58,518 nucleotides of DNA from Sporopachydermia quercuum (taxonomy: Eukaryota): NCBI GenBank assembly GCA_001599295.1, contig BCGN01000004.1, forward strand, positions 1,182,138 through 1,240,655, in the 5' to 3' direction. This document shows positions 1 to 10,747 of the stretch, piece after piece. The notes under the pieces are model-generated. The model saw only the letters and a program-made list of their open reading frames with translations. It did not search any database and was not told where the DNA came from. Made by a program: the position numbers and the translations under genes. The stretch's first letter is position 1. Every line of letters begins with the position of its first letter.

Positions 1-1
1 A

Positions 2-418
2 AGCAAAGGGCCTATTGTCCGTGATGCTTATTTGGTAGCTCTTAAGAAAAAACATAGGTACTTGATACCCAGGGTTTTACGAAATGCTGTTGATAAGGAA
101 GTCTGGAAAGTAGTGTTTGATCATTGTGAAGAAGTTCTATTGGGTGTTTTCCTTATATCTGATAGCGCTGTGGAAGAGCACCTTAAACGTCTTGAAACTG
201 AGGCAAAAACTTTACAGCCTGCATCAGCTTACGCATCTAGTTCCATTGAAAAAGCAATCAGAAGTGACAATGAAACAATGCTAAAATTAAAACGATTAGG
301 ACTTTCCTCAGGCGAGATCAATTCTTTGAAAGAACTGTTTCAAAGCAATCCCCAGTTAATATCACTGGTTGAAAACAATCCAGATTCACTAGTCACAGCG
401 TTACGAATGACTAAATGA
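2..418 (+). CDS. BYE1: 3' end of a probable Bye1-like PHD/TFIIS/SPOC transcription-elongation protein (5' truncated by the window)
   Basis: Frame is open from base 2 (SKGPIVRDAYLVAL...EEVLLGVFLI), resembling the last strands of a SPOC domain. Convergent with RPL14, as YKL005C BYE1 is with RPL14A in S. cerevisiae. Confidence 0.55.
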   Translation, partial: SKGPIVRDAYLVALKKKHRYLIPRVLRNAVDKEVWKVVFDHCEEVLLGVFLISDSAVEEHLKRLETEAKTLQPASAYASSSIEKAIRSDNETMLKLKRLGLSSGEINSLKELFQSNPQLISLVENNPDSLVTALRMTK

Positions 419-627
419 TGTGTAGATATAGAAATATATAATGATAGTGTACAATAGTCCTGTAGTAATATTTTGAAACACAATTCTATAGTATATTAAT
501 CGGACATATAGCTGTAACTGCATTACGTCAGCAACGGTCAACATTGAATAAAAATTGAAAACATGGGCTTATGATACGTTCATTAATTTAAAAACTTTCA
601 TTTATTAAGGAAGATATTTTGACTAAT

Positions 628-1468
628 TTAAGCCTTAGCCAAAGCTTTTTGGACAGAGTATCTCTTCTGCTTCTTCAAAACCAAAACCTTGAATCTGTCA
701 AAGTCAGTTAATTGACTTCTCTTGGCCTTTTGAGCGATCTTACCAGCCCAGGCAGATTTGTTCCATTTCTCGGTAGCTTCAGCGGCTTCCCACTTCTTAG
801 CAACGGTGGTGGACTTGGCACCCCTAGGTAAAGCAATGACAATAGGAGTCAAGGTGGAGTTAGCAATGGAAAAAGCTTGACGAGGAACACCGGTAACAGG
901 ACCGTCAATCAAAACCTGTGAAAATATGTTAGTAAATATATCAATAAAACGCTAGACATGGAACAAATATTTAAAGGGCATTGATCAAAACGTGGGGTAT
1001 TCTAATAAACATTCGATTTTGCTGAATTTATTATTGATATCTTTTGAGCATTGTTCTTCAACTGTTGACTCTTATAGAAGTCAGTTATAGCCGGTGATAA
1101 TCCACTGATAGCACAATGAGAAATAACTACTAAAGCATGCAGAGTCAAATAATTACAGCATTTGTCGATTGTTATGCAAGATTGCTCCTTATACTTGGTT
1201 TTGTCCTTTTCTCAAATTTGATAATTGTTATCGGTCGGTCTACTAGTTGTCGTTGGATAGCATGTCCCTTCGCTNATCAGAATATTTGATAGTGCCCTTA
1301 ATTTTCCATTCTTCCAAATCAATATTCAATACAACTTACTCTCTTGTGGTCGATGATTTCAACGATGGTGGCAAGCTTACCAGCGTAAGCTCCCTTGTTG
1401 ATGAGCACAACACGGCCAACTTCAACATTTCGCCATTTGGAGGCTTTGACAACAGTTTCTGCGGACAT
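628..1468 (-). CDS. RPL14: 60S ribosomal protein L14 (eL14), 2 exons: 1468-1340, 915-628
   Basis: [49 protein letters not shown]...[15 protein letters not shown]. Intron 1339-916 has GTAAGT, TACTAAC and CAG, and falls after codon 43 as in S. cerevisiae RPL14. Confidence 0.98.
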
Positions 1469-1805
1469 TCTGATATATGTATATGTTGGTTGATTGATTC
1501 GTCTAAGTCGGATGCTTTTATCTCCCTTCGATCACTAAACCGTAAGCACTTCGATATATGCAATATTGGAATATCCGATAGGCAATCTGAGTAGTATCAA
1601 ATAACGGTAGCTAAGGAATCAATCTAAGATACAACTGTCCTGGGCCATAGAGTGAGTCGGTTACTCTGAGTAAGCTTACTGTTGTTCCACACTCACATGG
1701 GACTGGGTCTGAGTTGTTTGGTATGCTTGCCGTAGACAAGAGTGAAAATTATTTGAAGGGTACTTTGTGGTATATCACTGTCCGGTCGCCAATATTCCAT
1801 AGGTT

Positions 1806-1877
1806 TGTGACAAAACCCTTGCCCTCTTTAATCATGTGATTTTCAAAGGTTGTATTTAAGGGTACTAGATCACGTGA
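1806..1877. promoter_or_regulatory. Shared RPL14/snoRNA-host promoter elements: Cbf1-type E-box TCACGTGA (1870-1877) and AGGG repeat with TGTGAC (1806-1825)
   Basis: Motifs read directly in the divergent intergenic region. Function is inferred from known fungal ribosomal-protein promoters. Confidence 0.4.
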
Positions 1878-2171
1878 TAAGGATATCAATTGCGCAAACA
1901 ATTTTTTACTCTCTTTTTATTGATTGTTCTTGAGTTTCTTCTTCTTCCTTCGCTCTGCAAAGTGCGATCACTTATGTATAAATGTTATTTGGATTCTATA
2001 TTATGTTGTTTAATTCATTCGTTTGATCAGTAACAGTAGTAGTACTTATCTTGTTAATGTAGTAGAGATCGTGTGATTTTTGATATCTTTCACGATATCG
2101 CAATAGGTAAGGAAGATTTTGCCCATGAGTTTCGCCTGATGCTATTGGTGTTGACAGTTCAAAGAATTCAA

Positions 2172-2274
2172 CAAAATGATGAAATAATTTGCGATTGATA
2201 CATCTGGTTCGGAAACATGCCTAGTTTCATTATTGGCCAGATAGAGTATGATAGCAACTATTAAGTCTGATTTG
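2172..2274 (+). ncRNA. snR87: Box C/D snoRNA snR87 (SNORD16/U16 family), guide for 18S Am436-equivalent
   Basis: Box C ATGATGA 2176-2182. Guide TAATTTGCG is complementary to 18S CGCAAAUUA, followed by D' TTGA. Internal stem ATCTGGTT/GGCCAGAT. Box D CTGA 2267-2270. Flanks ATTCAA/TTGAAT pair. S. cerevisiae snR87 also lies between RPL14A and SFT1. Confidence 0.85.
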
Positions 2275-2459
2275 AATGAACTAACTCTTGTCTTGTTCCC
2301 TTGAGTCAATCATGGAGAGACTAACATTTTTTAGTAACTATGATTTCACAGTAAAATTAATTCGAATAACTTATTAGAAGATTTAGGGCAATGTATGTGG
2401 TATGTTTCGTTTTGANACAGAAGAATTGACAATGGAAATGGAAAACAAGGAATATTGTT

Positions 2460-2543
2460 ATTAAATGATGAGAACCATTTCTGCTACTTAGATTGAACTT
2501 CGTAATGAAAACCGACAAATTATCACCAAGATCGCTGACTTGA
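2460..2543 (+). ncRNA. snR24: Box C/D snoRNA U24 (snR24), guide for 25S Cm1437 and the 1449/1450 region
   Basis: Box C ATGATGA 2465-2471. D' guide TGCTACT followed by TAGA. D guide TATCACCAAGATC is complementary to 25S GAUCUUGGUGGUA. Box D CTGA 2535-2538. Terminal stem TGTTATTAA/TTGATGACA. Confidence 0.92.
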
Positions 2544-3342
2544 TGACATTTTGTTTCTTAAATCCATTCAATTCTTCTGCTAAAAGTTTGCAAGATGCAA
2601 GTGGACTAATAAGTTATTAACAAATATTCAGCTTTTGTAGGACTTTTCTTTCACTTGTTTCATAGGTGAATAGCTTCCAAACTGTTGACATCTATGAATA
2701 ATATTACATAATTGTCTAGTACACTCAAACCTTTCCACCTGTTAATAATATTATATTTCAATATTCTTTTTGAAATTGTTTTAAAGCATTATTTCCCCAA
2801 ACATTAAAGTATAGTATTTAAACACCGAAGTGTAGTTGGCATACACAAAAATATGTGTATCGATATAATGAATNTATTCAGTTAATTGTAGTCCTCTATC
2901 CTTCTATATTATCTCATTTTTACTTATTCTCTTTCAACGCGAACGTATATTCAAAAGAAGTATTAATTACTGAGAATCAGTTGCCATTTTCTTTCTTTCA
3001 TATGTTCATTAATAATTGAAGAGTCTTACTGAAAGCTATGGTGATGGATATGTACATTACATCTCACTCTTAAAATAGGCACTTGCGCAAAGGAATTTAC
3101 CACTGCTTATCTGTCATCTAAGCACCATCAATCAATCAAATGATAAATACAAGTACGGAATTAATTTATTTGAAAGCTCAATAATACCTATGTTATAACT
3201 GTTATTTCTCTAGTGCAGGTCATAGAATTGATATCTTTAGTTTACTTTCCCCAACTATCAAACAACAAGATTTTCCTCATCTCTCAGGCAGAGACTACCA
3301 CAATACTACCATAATAGAATACTCAACGCATTGGAGAACATC

Positions 3343-3746
3343 ATGTCACTAGCTGCTGAAAGAGAACAGGAGGTATGAATGACTACATGCAAAATAGATA
3401 TTGAAGGATCATACTGTTATGGTTATATTGTTATCTGTTTTCTATTCTTGTACCTTTAATCACTTAATGATAACTAACACGTCTGGAATAGAATAATGAT
3501 TTGTTACAATCACTAGCTGGAAAGCTATCAACATTACGTAGTATAACTGAAGATATTCACAGTCGAGCAGAAGATACTTCAGTGATTGATAATTTAACTA
3601 CAACAATGGGGAACATGTTTACGTCTCTTAAACATTCATCAGTCAGACTGGCAAGAACAGCAACAGCCGGTCATCCCATATGGAGGACAGTAGGACTTGC
3701 ATTACTAGTATTCCTGGTTTTCTGTACACTCTTGAAATTCATATAG
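3343..3746 (+). CDS. SFT1: Golgi Qc-SNARE Sft1, 2 exons: 3343-3372, 3492-3746
   Basis: MSLAAEREQE|NNDLLQSLAGKLSTLRSITEDIH... SNARE helix plus C-terminal TM. Intron 3373-3491 has GTATGA, AACTAAC and TAG. Syntenic with YKL006C-A. Confidence 0.92.
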
Positions 3747-3964
3747 AGAACAGGTAGTTTGAGACTTTCAATATTATAGGCAACGTTTATGTGAGTTCCA
3801 GGGACTGTGGAACATCTGTTATTATATGGTGACTAAATACTCACCATTGCGATAGCGCAAAAATATACATATCATGGTAACTTTATCTGTTATATTGTTC
3901 TAAAAATAAATTGATACTTTAAGAAACGACAGAGTTATGATCAAACCATAATTGATAGGAATAT

Positions 3965-5207
3965 CTAATCTGATCTGCCTCCCCCAATTTCTTGGCCCAC
4001 TCTGACAGCAGCTGCACTCTTTTCCCAGTTCATTTTGGATCTTGTAATTGGCAACTGTCTTCTTAAATTCTTGAAAAGTCCTTCGTTCAATCCAACGAAA
4101 CTTTTATTGACTTCGTCTTGCATCTTATCTTCAATATTTTTAAGAGTTTTGGCTATTGAACCGGCGACAGGTTGATTGTCGATTTTCTTTGTTGTATTTA
4201 ACTGGACATTACCATCTTCATAATAATGAATCTTAATTGACACTTGTCCTTCGATTATATTCTTTGAACTTTCATCGATTATGTAATATGATTTCCATTT
4301 ACCATTCCAATAATTAGAAGGATTATATTTATTGTTCACTATCACAATAGCCAAATTTCCTTCATATGGGAAGACACCGAAACTGCCATTGCCTTGATAA
4401 TGCTCTTTTAAGTAGCTTTCCAGACTTGCTGATACAGAGTCCCTATTTCATTGAATTAGTATCTAGAAGTATCAACAAATTGCAAAGGAGTTGATGCCAA
4501 CTGTAACATACACTGAGCTTTCAGTTTCATAATCCTCGATATCTGTTACAGCCTATAGAGTATATACGAGGTTAGTAAAAAATTCCTTGTCCTCAAAAAA
4601 AAAAGCAACTAAATTGATTCCTACGATACCTATCATGATTTACCATGATGGTCAAAAGACTATCGAATCTTCTATCAACGAGAACGTGTAATTACGTGCC
4701 GTCTTACAACATGCTCAAAAAAAAAAAAAAACCATACCTTTGAGGCAGGGTTCACTGAGAACTTCTTCCTTATGCTTGGGCTGAAAAATACATGAGGTTC
4801 AAGTAGATTAAACTTGCTGAGCACCTGTTGTGCTCCTTCAACTTTGACTAGTTCAAATTCATCAATATTGTATTTTTCCAAAGCTTTTGACAACCCTGGA
4901 AGATTGTTTGATCCTGTAATTGTTTTCAAGTCTATCATCCAATCCTTTGTTAAAAATAATTATCCATTGTACTTTGATTGAACTCGTGGACTAACACCAC
5001 CAAGACCTTAAACAAGTTTACTAACCTTCAACAACTTCATCAACCTAACGTAAAATAACAAACCTGTCAGCATCATATTATAAGAAACATCCAATTTTAC
5101 CTCCATTTTATCTTATTAATCAACTACTGATCATCAACCCTACATTTACTTACTTCTCCTGGTGGGGCATCCCTGACCATTCGATTGATAATCTGCTCGT
5201 ACGACAT
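3965..5207 (-). CDS. CAP1: F-actin capping protein alpha, 5 exons: 5207-5154, 5044-5026, 4931-4738, 4552-4512, 4442-3965
   Basis: Motifs DAPPGEVDEVVEDLKTI, KYNPSNYWNGKWKS, IHYYEDGNVQL and FKNLRRQLPITRSKMNW. Four GT-AG introns give a 786-nt in-frame CDS. Confidence 0.95.
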
Positions 5208-5746
5208 TTTGTTTTTTTTGTTCATATATATCTCAACACCACACAACACTTGAAAAATTCTTATTCAGACACTTACAAGAGCTATGCATAATGACACTCT
5301 AATGATAGATTAGCTTATCAATTGATACATCTGTTAAGGAGTTCACATCACCAAAGTAAGTTGGGACTTGTATGTGTATACCTCAAAGATAGTCCAATAA
5401 CAGGTATTTGTCTTATAACAGATAGTAAGGAATAATCATGTCTTCAAGAAGCTAGATAAAGAACAAAGCAGAGGGGGTAATTCGCCCTATTCTAATGGTG
5501 ATTATTCAGGCTAATATGAATGAATGAATAGAATGATTGATTGATTGAATAGAAATCGGAATTGGAATAGCGGAATAGCGGACTTCGATAGGAATGAATT
5601 TATATAAGAACTTAAGTTATGAACAAACATATTGAACTGTATTGAGCGGCCGTTCNACCTTATTTAGGTTCAGGTAATTAACAAAATATGTAAGATCATA
5701 ATCAAGAAGGATACAACATCGGTGCATCGAGAATAACGGAGTATAA

Positions 5747-7559
5747 TTATTGATCAACTGGGTATGAAGGATATTGGCTTTGAGAATAATTTGCAGATGG
5801 TGGTTGAGATAATGAGGGTTGCCTTTGAATTGAAGGATAAGATGGTTGAGAAGACAATGAAGGCTGCCTATGAACTGAAGGATATGATGGTTGGGAAGAT
5901 AATGGAGGAGGAGGATACTGCTGGTTTTGTTCCTGGATAACATACCCAGGTGGAGGTTGTGATTCATACTGAATATGTTGTGGCAATGGTCCAGGTTGAG
6001 GTTGATTCTGTCCTTCAGAATCAGGGTAACCAGACACATCTTGTTGTACACCTTGAGGTGGAGGTGCATAATTATAGCTAAATTTTGGATAGCCACCAGG
6101 TGCTTGTGCCTGATATGGTGCATTCACTGCGTAACCAGGATTATATCGTGATATAGACGAATCCACCAATTGGTTATAAAGACCTTCTGATTCAACAAGC
6201 ATTTTATTTAAGAGTATCAAATCATCTTTCTTCTGGGAATATTTTTCAATAAGTCTTCCTAACTTAGGTTTTAAAGGTGCAACAGAATCGTAACACTGTT
6301 GAATTTCAGGATTATTAGAAAGATTCAACAGGGATAAGTCTGGATTACCATGTTCATCAACAGAATTGGATCTTGAATTTATACTGGATAAAATAGACAA
6401 AAGTCTTTCGATATTTCTTGATTCTCTCATTACACTTGCTTCTTCTTCTAGCTCCTTAGCGATTTCCTCAGGTGTTGGATCCTTCAGTGGAGTAACATAA
6501 TTTAAAGGAAAAATACCAACCTTCCCTCTCAATGAGCCTTTCCACCAGTCTCTGTAAGCACCTTCTAACACTGTTATAATATCGCCAGTTTTGAAAGATA
6601 ACTCATCAGGTTCATATGTTGTTAAATCATATAACGCACGAACCCTATGTACAGTTGTGGCTGAATCACCAGATTCAGAAACAGGAACATTCGCAATACC
6701 ATTTGCTGGTTGCTGACCATTAGAAATATTACCTGTATCACCAGTATTTAAAGCTCCATTATTATTATCACTATTATAATGTTCGATTTCCACATTGTTT
6801 CCATTCATTTCTTGTAAGGACAGCTTAATTGCTTCCTTTAGATCTAATTCTTCTTTAAGCTTGTCTTCATAAGTCATCTTTTCTTTTTCTGGCTTAGCTG
6901 GAGCTCTTATTTGGACCTTCTTAGTCACAAGATTATATGCGTCTTCCAACGGTTTTAAACTAGGATCCGATTTAAAACTCTCAGTTAATTGTTGCATCAT
7001 TTCAATTAGTTTTTCCTTAACTCTCACATGAACCTTACGATCAGTTGCTAGTTTCACTAGTCGATTACTAAAACCCTTAGAAGCTATTTCTTGTTTCATC
7101 CTTGATCCACAGTTTTCAGCAAGTGCAGTAATAAGCTGATAAAGCGATAGTGTTAATATTAAATTCAAAAACCCTTTTTCTTCTTCATACACAGAAAATA
7201 ATACGTACTGATAATGTTCTAAACAATACATTGGCATCAGAAAGATCTAATCGTTTCTCTACAGCTAAAATGGCATTCTTGCATCTAGTTGAAAGGTTAG
7301 TAAATATGACCATTTAGTTGTCAGTGAAATCAAAAAATCAGCACATACCCTTCTTCGGGATCACTTGTTACTTTATCACAGACATCAAGAATGTATTCCC
7401 AATTATCCGATGTTAAATTTGAACTAGTTGCCTTATCTAAAAAAGGAGGAGCTGCGGTTAGTAACTATACCTCAAGCCATAAAGATTTTTTTGGTAACAG
7501 AAATCGCACATACCAACCAAAGGTTGAAGAGGATTTGGAGTTTCGGCTGATCTAAACAT
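5747..7559 (-). CDS. HSE1: ESCRT-0 subunit Hse1 (VHS-UIM-SH3-GAT), 4 exons: 7559-7514, 7436-7349, 7284-7209, 7135-5747
   Basis: VHS (DKATSSNLTSDNWEYILDVCD), UIM (EELDLKEAIKLSLQE), SH3 (VRALYD...WWKG...GIFPLNYV) and PPPGY motif. Three introns give a 1599-nt in-frame CDS. Confidence 0.96.
5807..5904 (-). repeat. 45-bp coding tandem repeat (about 2.2 copies) in the HSE1 C-terminus
   Basis: Units 5807-5851 and 5852-5896 encode SSQPSYPSVHRQPSL and SSQPSYPSIQRQPSL. Confidence 0.85.
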
Positions 7560-8946
7560 TTTATTATTCAACAGTGAACTCTGCTTGGCTTCTAATTAAT
7601 AAACGCTAATGTATCTATTCGATCCTTGGTTCGTGCAACGCAGGGGTAGTGAATGATTGGTGCGGGAATGATTTTCAATTGCAATGCTGAGAATAAATTA
7701 TTTATTAATACACTCAGCGTAAGAGACAATGCCAATAATCTTTTACCTTTCTATAGTTTCTAGGTCTCACTATTCAGTTGAATAAGTAGATGGCAAATAC
7801 ATTTTGATAGCCATATTGAGGTGTTTTTACTGATACTGATAAGATCAACTTTCCATTGAATGATAAAAAGAACAAATGGTTATACTATGTCCGCAGTTCT
7901 CCAGATCATGCATAATCCAAGGACATGCATACATATGCAGGAAGTTTATAAGTGAATGACAGTTGGAGTTACCATAAGCAGATAGCATAGGAAACAATTA
8001 ATGCTTTTTGTTGAATACGGGAAAAGCGGTAGGCTAAAGCTAACAATTTTATTGGCTACTATTTAATATCTATCTAGCTAGCAAATATCAATAATCACGT
8101 TTTTACATTAAATTTTGTTATCCCTATGATGTGTATGCAAGCACATTTGCATCAAATCTGCAGATTACTGCGCCTACCTTTGTCTTGCACTGTCTCAATT
8201 TCTTTATCCCTGACAATCCTAGCCATTTGTTTACCGTTCATTTACATAAAATAAATATTTGGTTCCTTTGGCCGAATCTATTATAAACCATTCTAAATAA
8301 ACTATCACCAGCTTCCTTGACCATACATTTATCACTTGTATTCAACATTTCTATTGAAAAACCTCCCCTTTTACAGTAGAAGAAAATCGACCTTGATACT
8401 ATGTCCCGTATTGTTCAAACCTGACAAGTGACAAATGACAATTATACCCTGACATTTACTCGCTTCCTTGCACCGGTGCCTTTGATTTCTCGTTCAAGAA
8501 TTTCCATGCCTATCAAACGTAAACAAACGCTAACAACTCTATCAGCTTTTCCAATATTACCTATCAATCTAAACGCCTAATATTCTTTCATTCAACCCAA
8601 TTTTTTGAATCTGTTTTATGTAATTGATTATGATTGATTTTTCAGATTGTTAGTATATTACAGGTATTATTCAGACCCTTGCATCACTGATGATAATACT
8701 AGTTCAATAGTCATACGGGAACGACGGTAGAATCATATCAACATTCCAATCAAATATTAAAAGATCAAACAGATATTTTAGAAATTCTTTACTTTTTTAA
8801 AATTCTTTTTTTGACCATTCCCAGTATTTGGTTTTATCATTAATAATATTATTATCAATCATAGACGCCATAACTTTGATGAACACCTGTTGAACGTGAA
8901 TTCACAATTGCCATTTGAGATAGCTTGATAATATCAACAGTTTAAG

Positions 8947-10191
8947 ATGGAGTCGGAACATGAGAAAACACAAAATGCAGGCGAAAGCACTTCTTTAAGC
9001 CCTGAAACAATGAGTGCCATCAGACAAAGAAGAAGAACATCGTCAGTTGGTCCAATCAACCTGGGAGACTCTACTCCCGGGCTTTCAACCATGCATATAT
9101 CAAAGACTCAAACCCAAGCAAGTGAAGCAAGGATCAAAAAACTATCGGATAAATCATCAAGCTCTATGGATTTGGTGAGGAAAATTGCTATTGCTTATAG
9201 AGAATTATCTTTTCGTCAAACGTGGTTGAACCCTTTGATTATTGTAGTTAGCGCTTTTGCTACCTACTATTTGTCTGATAATCAGACAGAGACAAATCCT
9301 TTACACAAATTTCTGTTCTTATCGTACAGAATACCAGGAGAAAATGGAAAGCCTAATATGTATGGAAAAGGCCGTAATGACTTTTGCTTTGTATTCTTCT
9401 ATATGGCTTTCTTCACCTTTTATCGTGAAGTTTGGATGCAAGTGATTTTAAAACCTTTGGCTCAAAGATTAGGACTTCGTAAAGGTAAGATAATGAGATT
9501 CATGGAACAAACTTATTGTATGGTTTATTATGGAATATCTGGGCCTTTTGGATTATACGTCATGTACCATACACCTATGTGGTATTTCAACACAACAGCT
9601 TTCTATGAAGAGTATCCTCATACAACCTTGGATTTTGCTTCCAAGCTTTTCTATTTGCTTCAAGCTTCATTCTGGGCTCAGCAATCTGTCGTCCTTTGTT
9701 TGCAATTGGAAAAACCTAGAAAGGATTTCAAAGAACTTGTCTTCCATCATATTATCACTATGTTATTGATTTGGACATCATATAGATTTCATTTCTCTTG
9801 GATGGGTGTCGCTGTTTACATTACTATGGATATTTCAGATTTCTTCCTTGCTTTATCTAAAACTTTGAATTATATTGATTCTCCTTTTCAAATTCCTGTT
9901 TTTATTTTCTTCATTGTTGTTTGGATCTATCTTCGACATTACCTTAACATCAGAATCTTGATTTCGGTGATTACTGAATTCCTCACTGTCGGTGAAAATG
10001 GTTTGAGTTTTGCTAATGAACAGTTCAAGTGTGGAATAGCACAGTTGATCTGTTTTGCTTTGATCTTTTCATTACAAATGGTTAATTTGTATTGGTTATT
10101 CCTTATTTTTAGAATCCTCTACCGTTTCGTTAAGGGGGGAACAGCTGCTGATGAACGAAGTGATGACGAAGATGGCTCAGACCCCAACTGA
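8947..10191 (+). CDS. LAC1: Ceramide synthase (Lac1/Lag1, TLC domain)
   Basis: Lag1p motif RKDFKELVFHHIITMLLIWTSY...MDISDFFLALSK, multiple TM segments and an acidic C-terminal DERSDDE. Syntenic with YKL008C/YHL003C. Confidence 0.96.
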   Translation: MESEHEKTQNAGESTSLSPETMSAIRQRRRTSSVGPINLGDSTPGLSTMHISKTQTQASEARIKKLSDKSSSSMDLVRKIAIAYRELSFRQTWLNPLIIVVSAFATYYLSDNQTETNPLHKFLFLSYRIPGENGKPNMYGKGRNDFCFVFFYMAFFTFYREVWMQVILKPLAQRLGLRKGKIMRFMEQTYCMVYYGISGPFGLYVMYHTPMWYFNTTAFYEEYPHTTLDFASKLFYLLQASFWAQQSVVLCLQLEKPRKDFKELVFHHIITMLLIWTSYRFHFSWMGVAVYITMDISDFFLALSKTLNYIDSPFQIPVFIFFIVVWIYLRHYLNIRILISVITEFLTVGENGLSFANEQFKCGIAQLICFALIFSLQMVNLYWLFLIFRILYRFVKGGTAADERSDDEDGSDPN

Positions 10192-10747
10192 AGTAGNCTC
10201 GCTCTTGCTGAATAATCTGTGTTCTACAAGCTGATGAGAATATTACACTGTTGAATATCAAAAGTAAAGTGCCCCATATAATAGTATTATGTCACTAACT
10301 TGACAAAGCACATTGTTGGCTTCAACAATGGCTATTGACATTCGATTGATCTTAAGAAAGCGAAACAAAACAAAAGAAAAAGATAGAAAGATAATAAAAA
10401 GAACAAATAATTTCAGAAAGAGAATAAGAACCATCAAAGGCACCTTGACAGAGGGCTATTAAATATTGACAAGCAAACTACAGTTCGATTTTTATTCATC
10501 GATTTGATTAATTTTTTTCTTACTTTCTCCATAAACATACATAAACAACCAACCTTTATCTACTATTCATTAATATTACCTTTCATTCATATTTTACTAG
10601 CTTTACCAATAATTCCAATAATTCTTGTTATAATCATTATATGAGCAAGTAAGATGTCATAAATACACCAAGTCATATTAGATGAGAAAAAATATGTACA
10701 GAACACAGCAAGGTTAAATCTTTATATACTGTCATTAACTACACCCA

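Larger units (their letters stand above)
2107..2640 (+). ncRNA. Spliced non-coding snoRNA host transcript with two snoRNA-bearing introns (outer ends unknown)
   Basis: Intron 1: GTAAGG 2107, GACTAAC 2319-2325, TTAG 2334. Short exon of about 2335-2392 with no meaningful ORF. Intron 2: GTATGT 2393 or 2400, TATTAAC 2615-2621, CAG 2631 or TAG 2640. Each intron holds one C/D snoRNA. Confidence 0.7.

Noticed and set aside
1247..1594. 115-aa + strand ORF and 75-aa - strand ORF
   Set aside because: Antisense or off-frame shadows of RPL14 exon 1 and its intron.
1870..1990. TCACGTG as CDEI of a point centromere (also 21094)
   Set aside because: Not followed by a >85% AT CDEII and a CDEIII CCGAA element. 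Better explained as a promoter E-box.
4616..4716. Two hairpins separated by ATAGAA (H-box-like) in CAP1 intron 3, a possible H/ACA snoRNA
   Set aside because: The first hairpin has no pseudouridylation pocket and no ACA directly follows the second. More likely ordinary intron structure.
5515..5582. (ATGA)n/(TGAT)n/GGAATAGC short repeats
   Set aside because: Low-complexity microsatellite in the HSE1 3' region with no evident function.
8401..8545. uORF MSRIVQT (8401-8424) and a branchpoint-like CGCTAAC...CAG upstream of LAC1
   Set aside because: No convincing 5' splice site and the transcript start is unknown, so it cannot be separated from chance.
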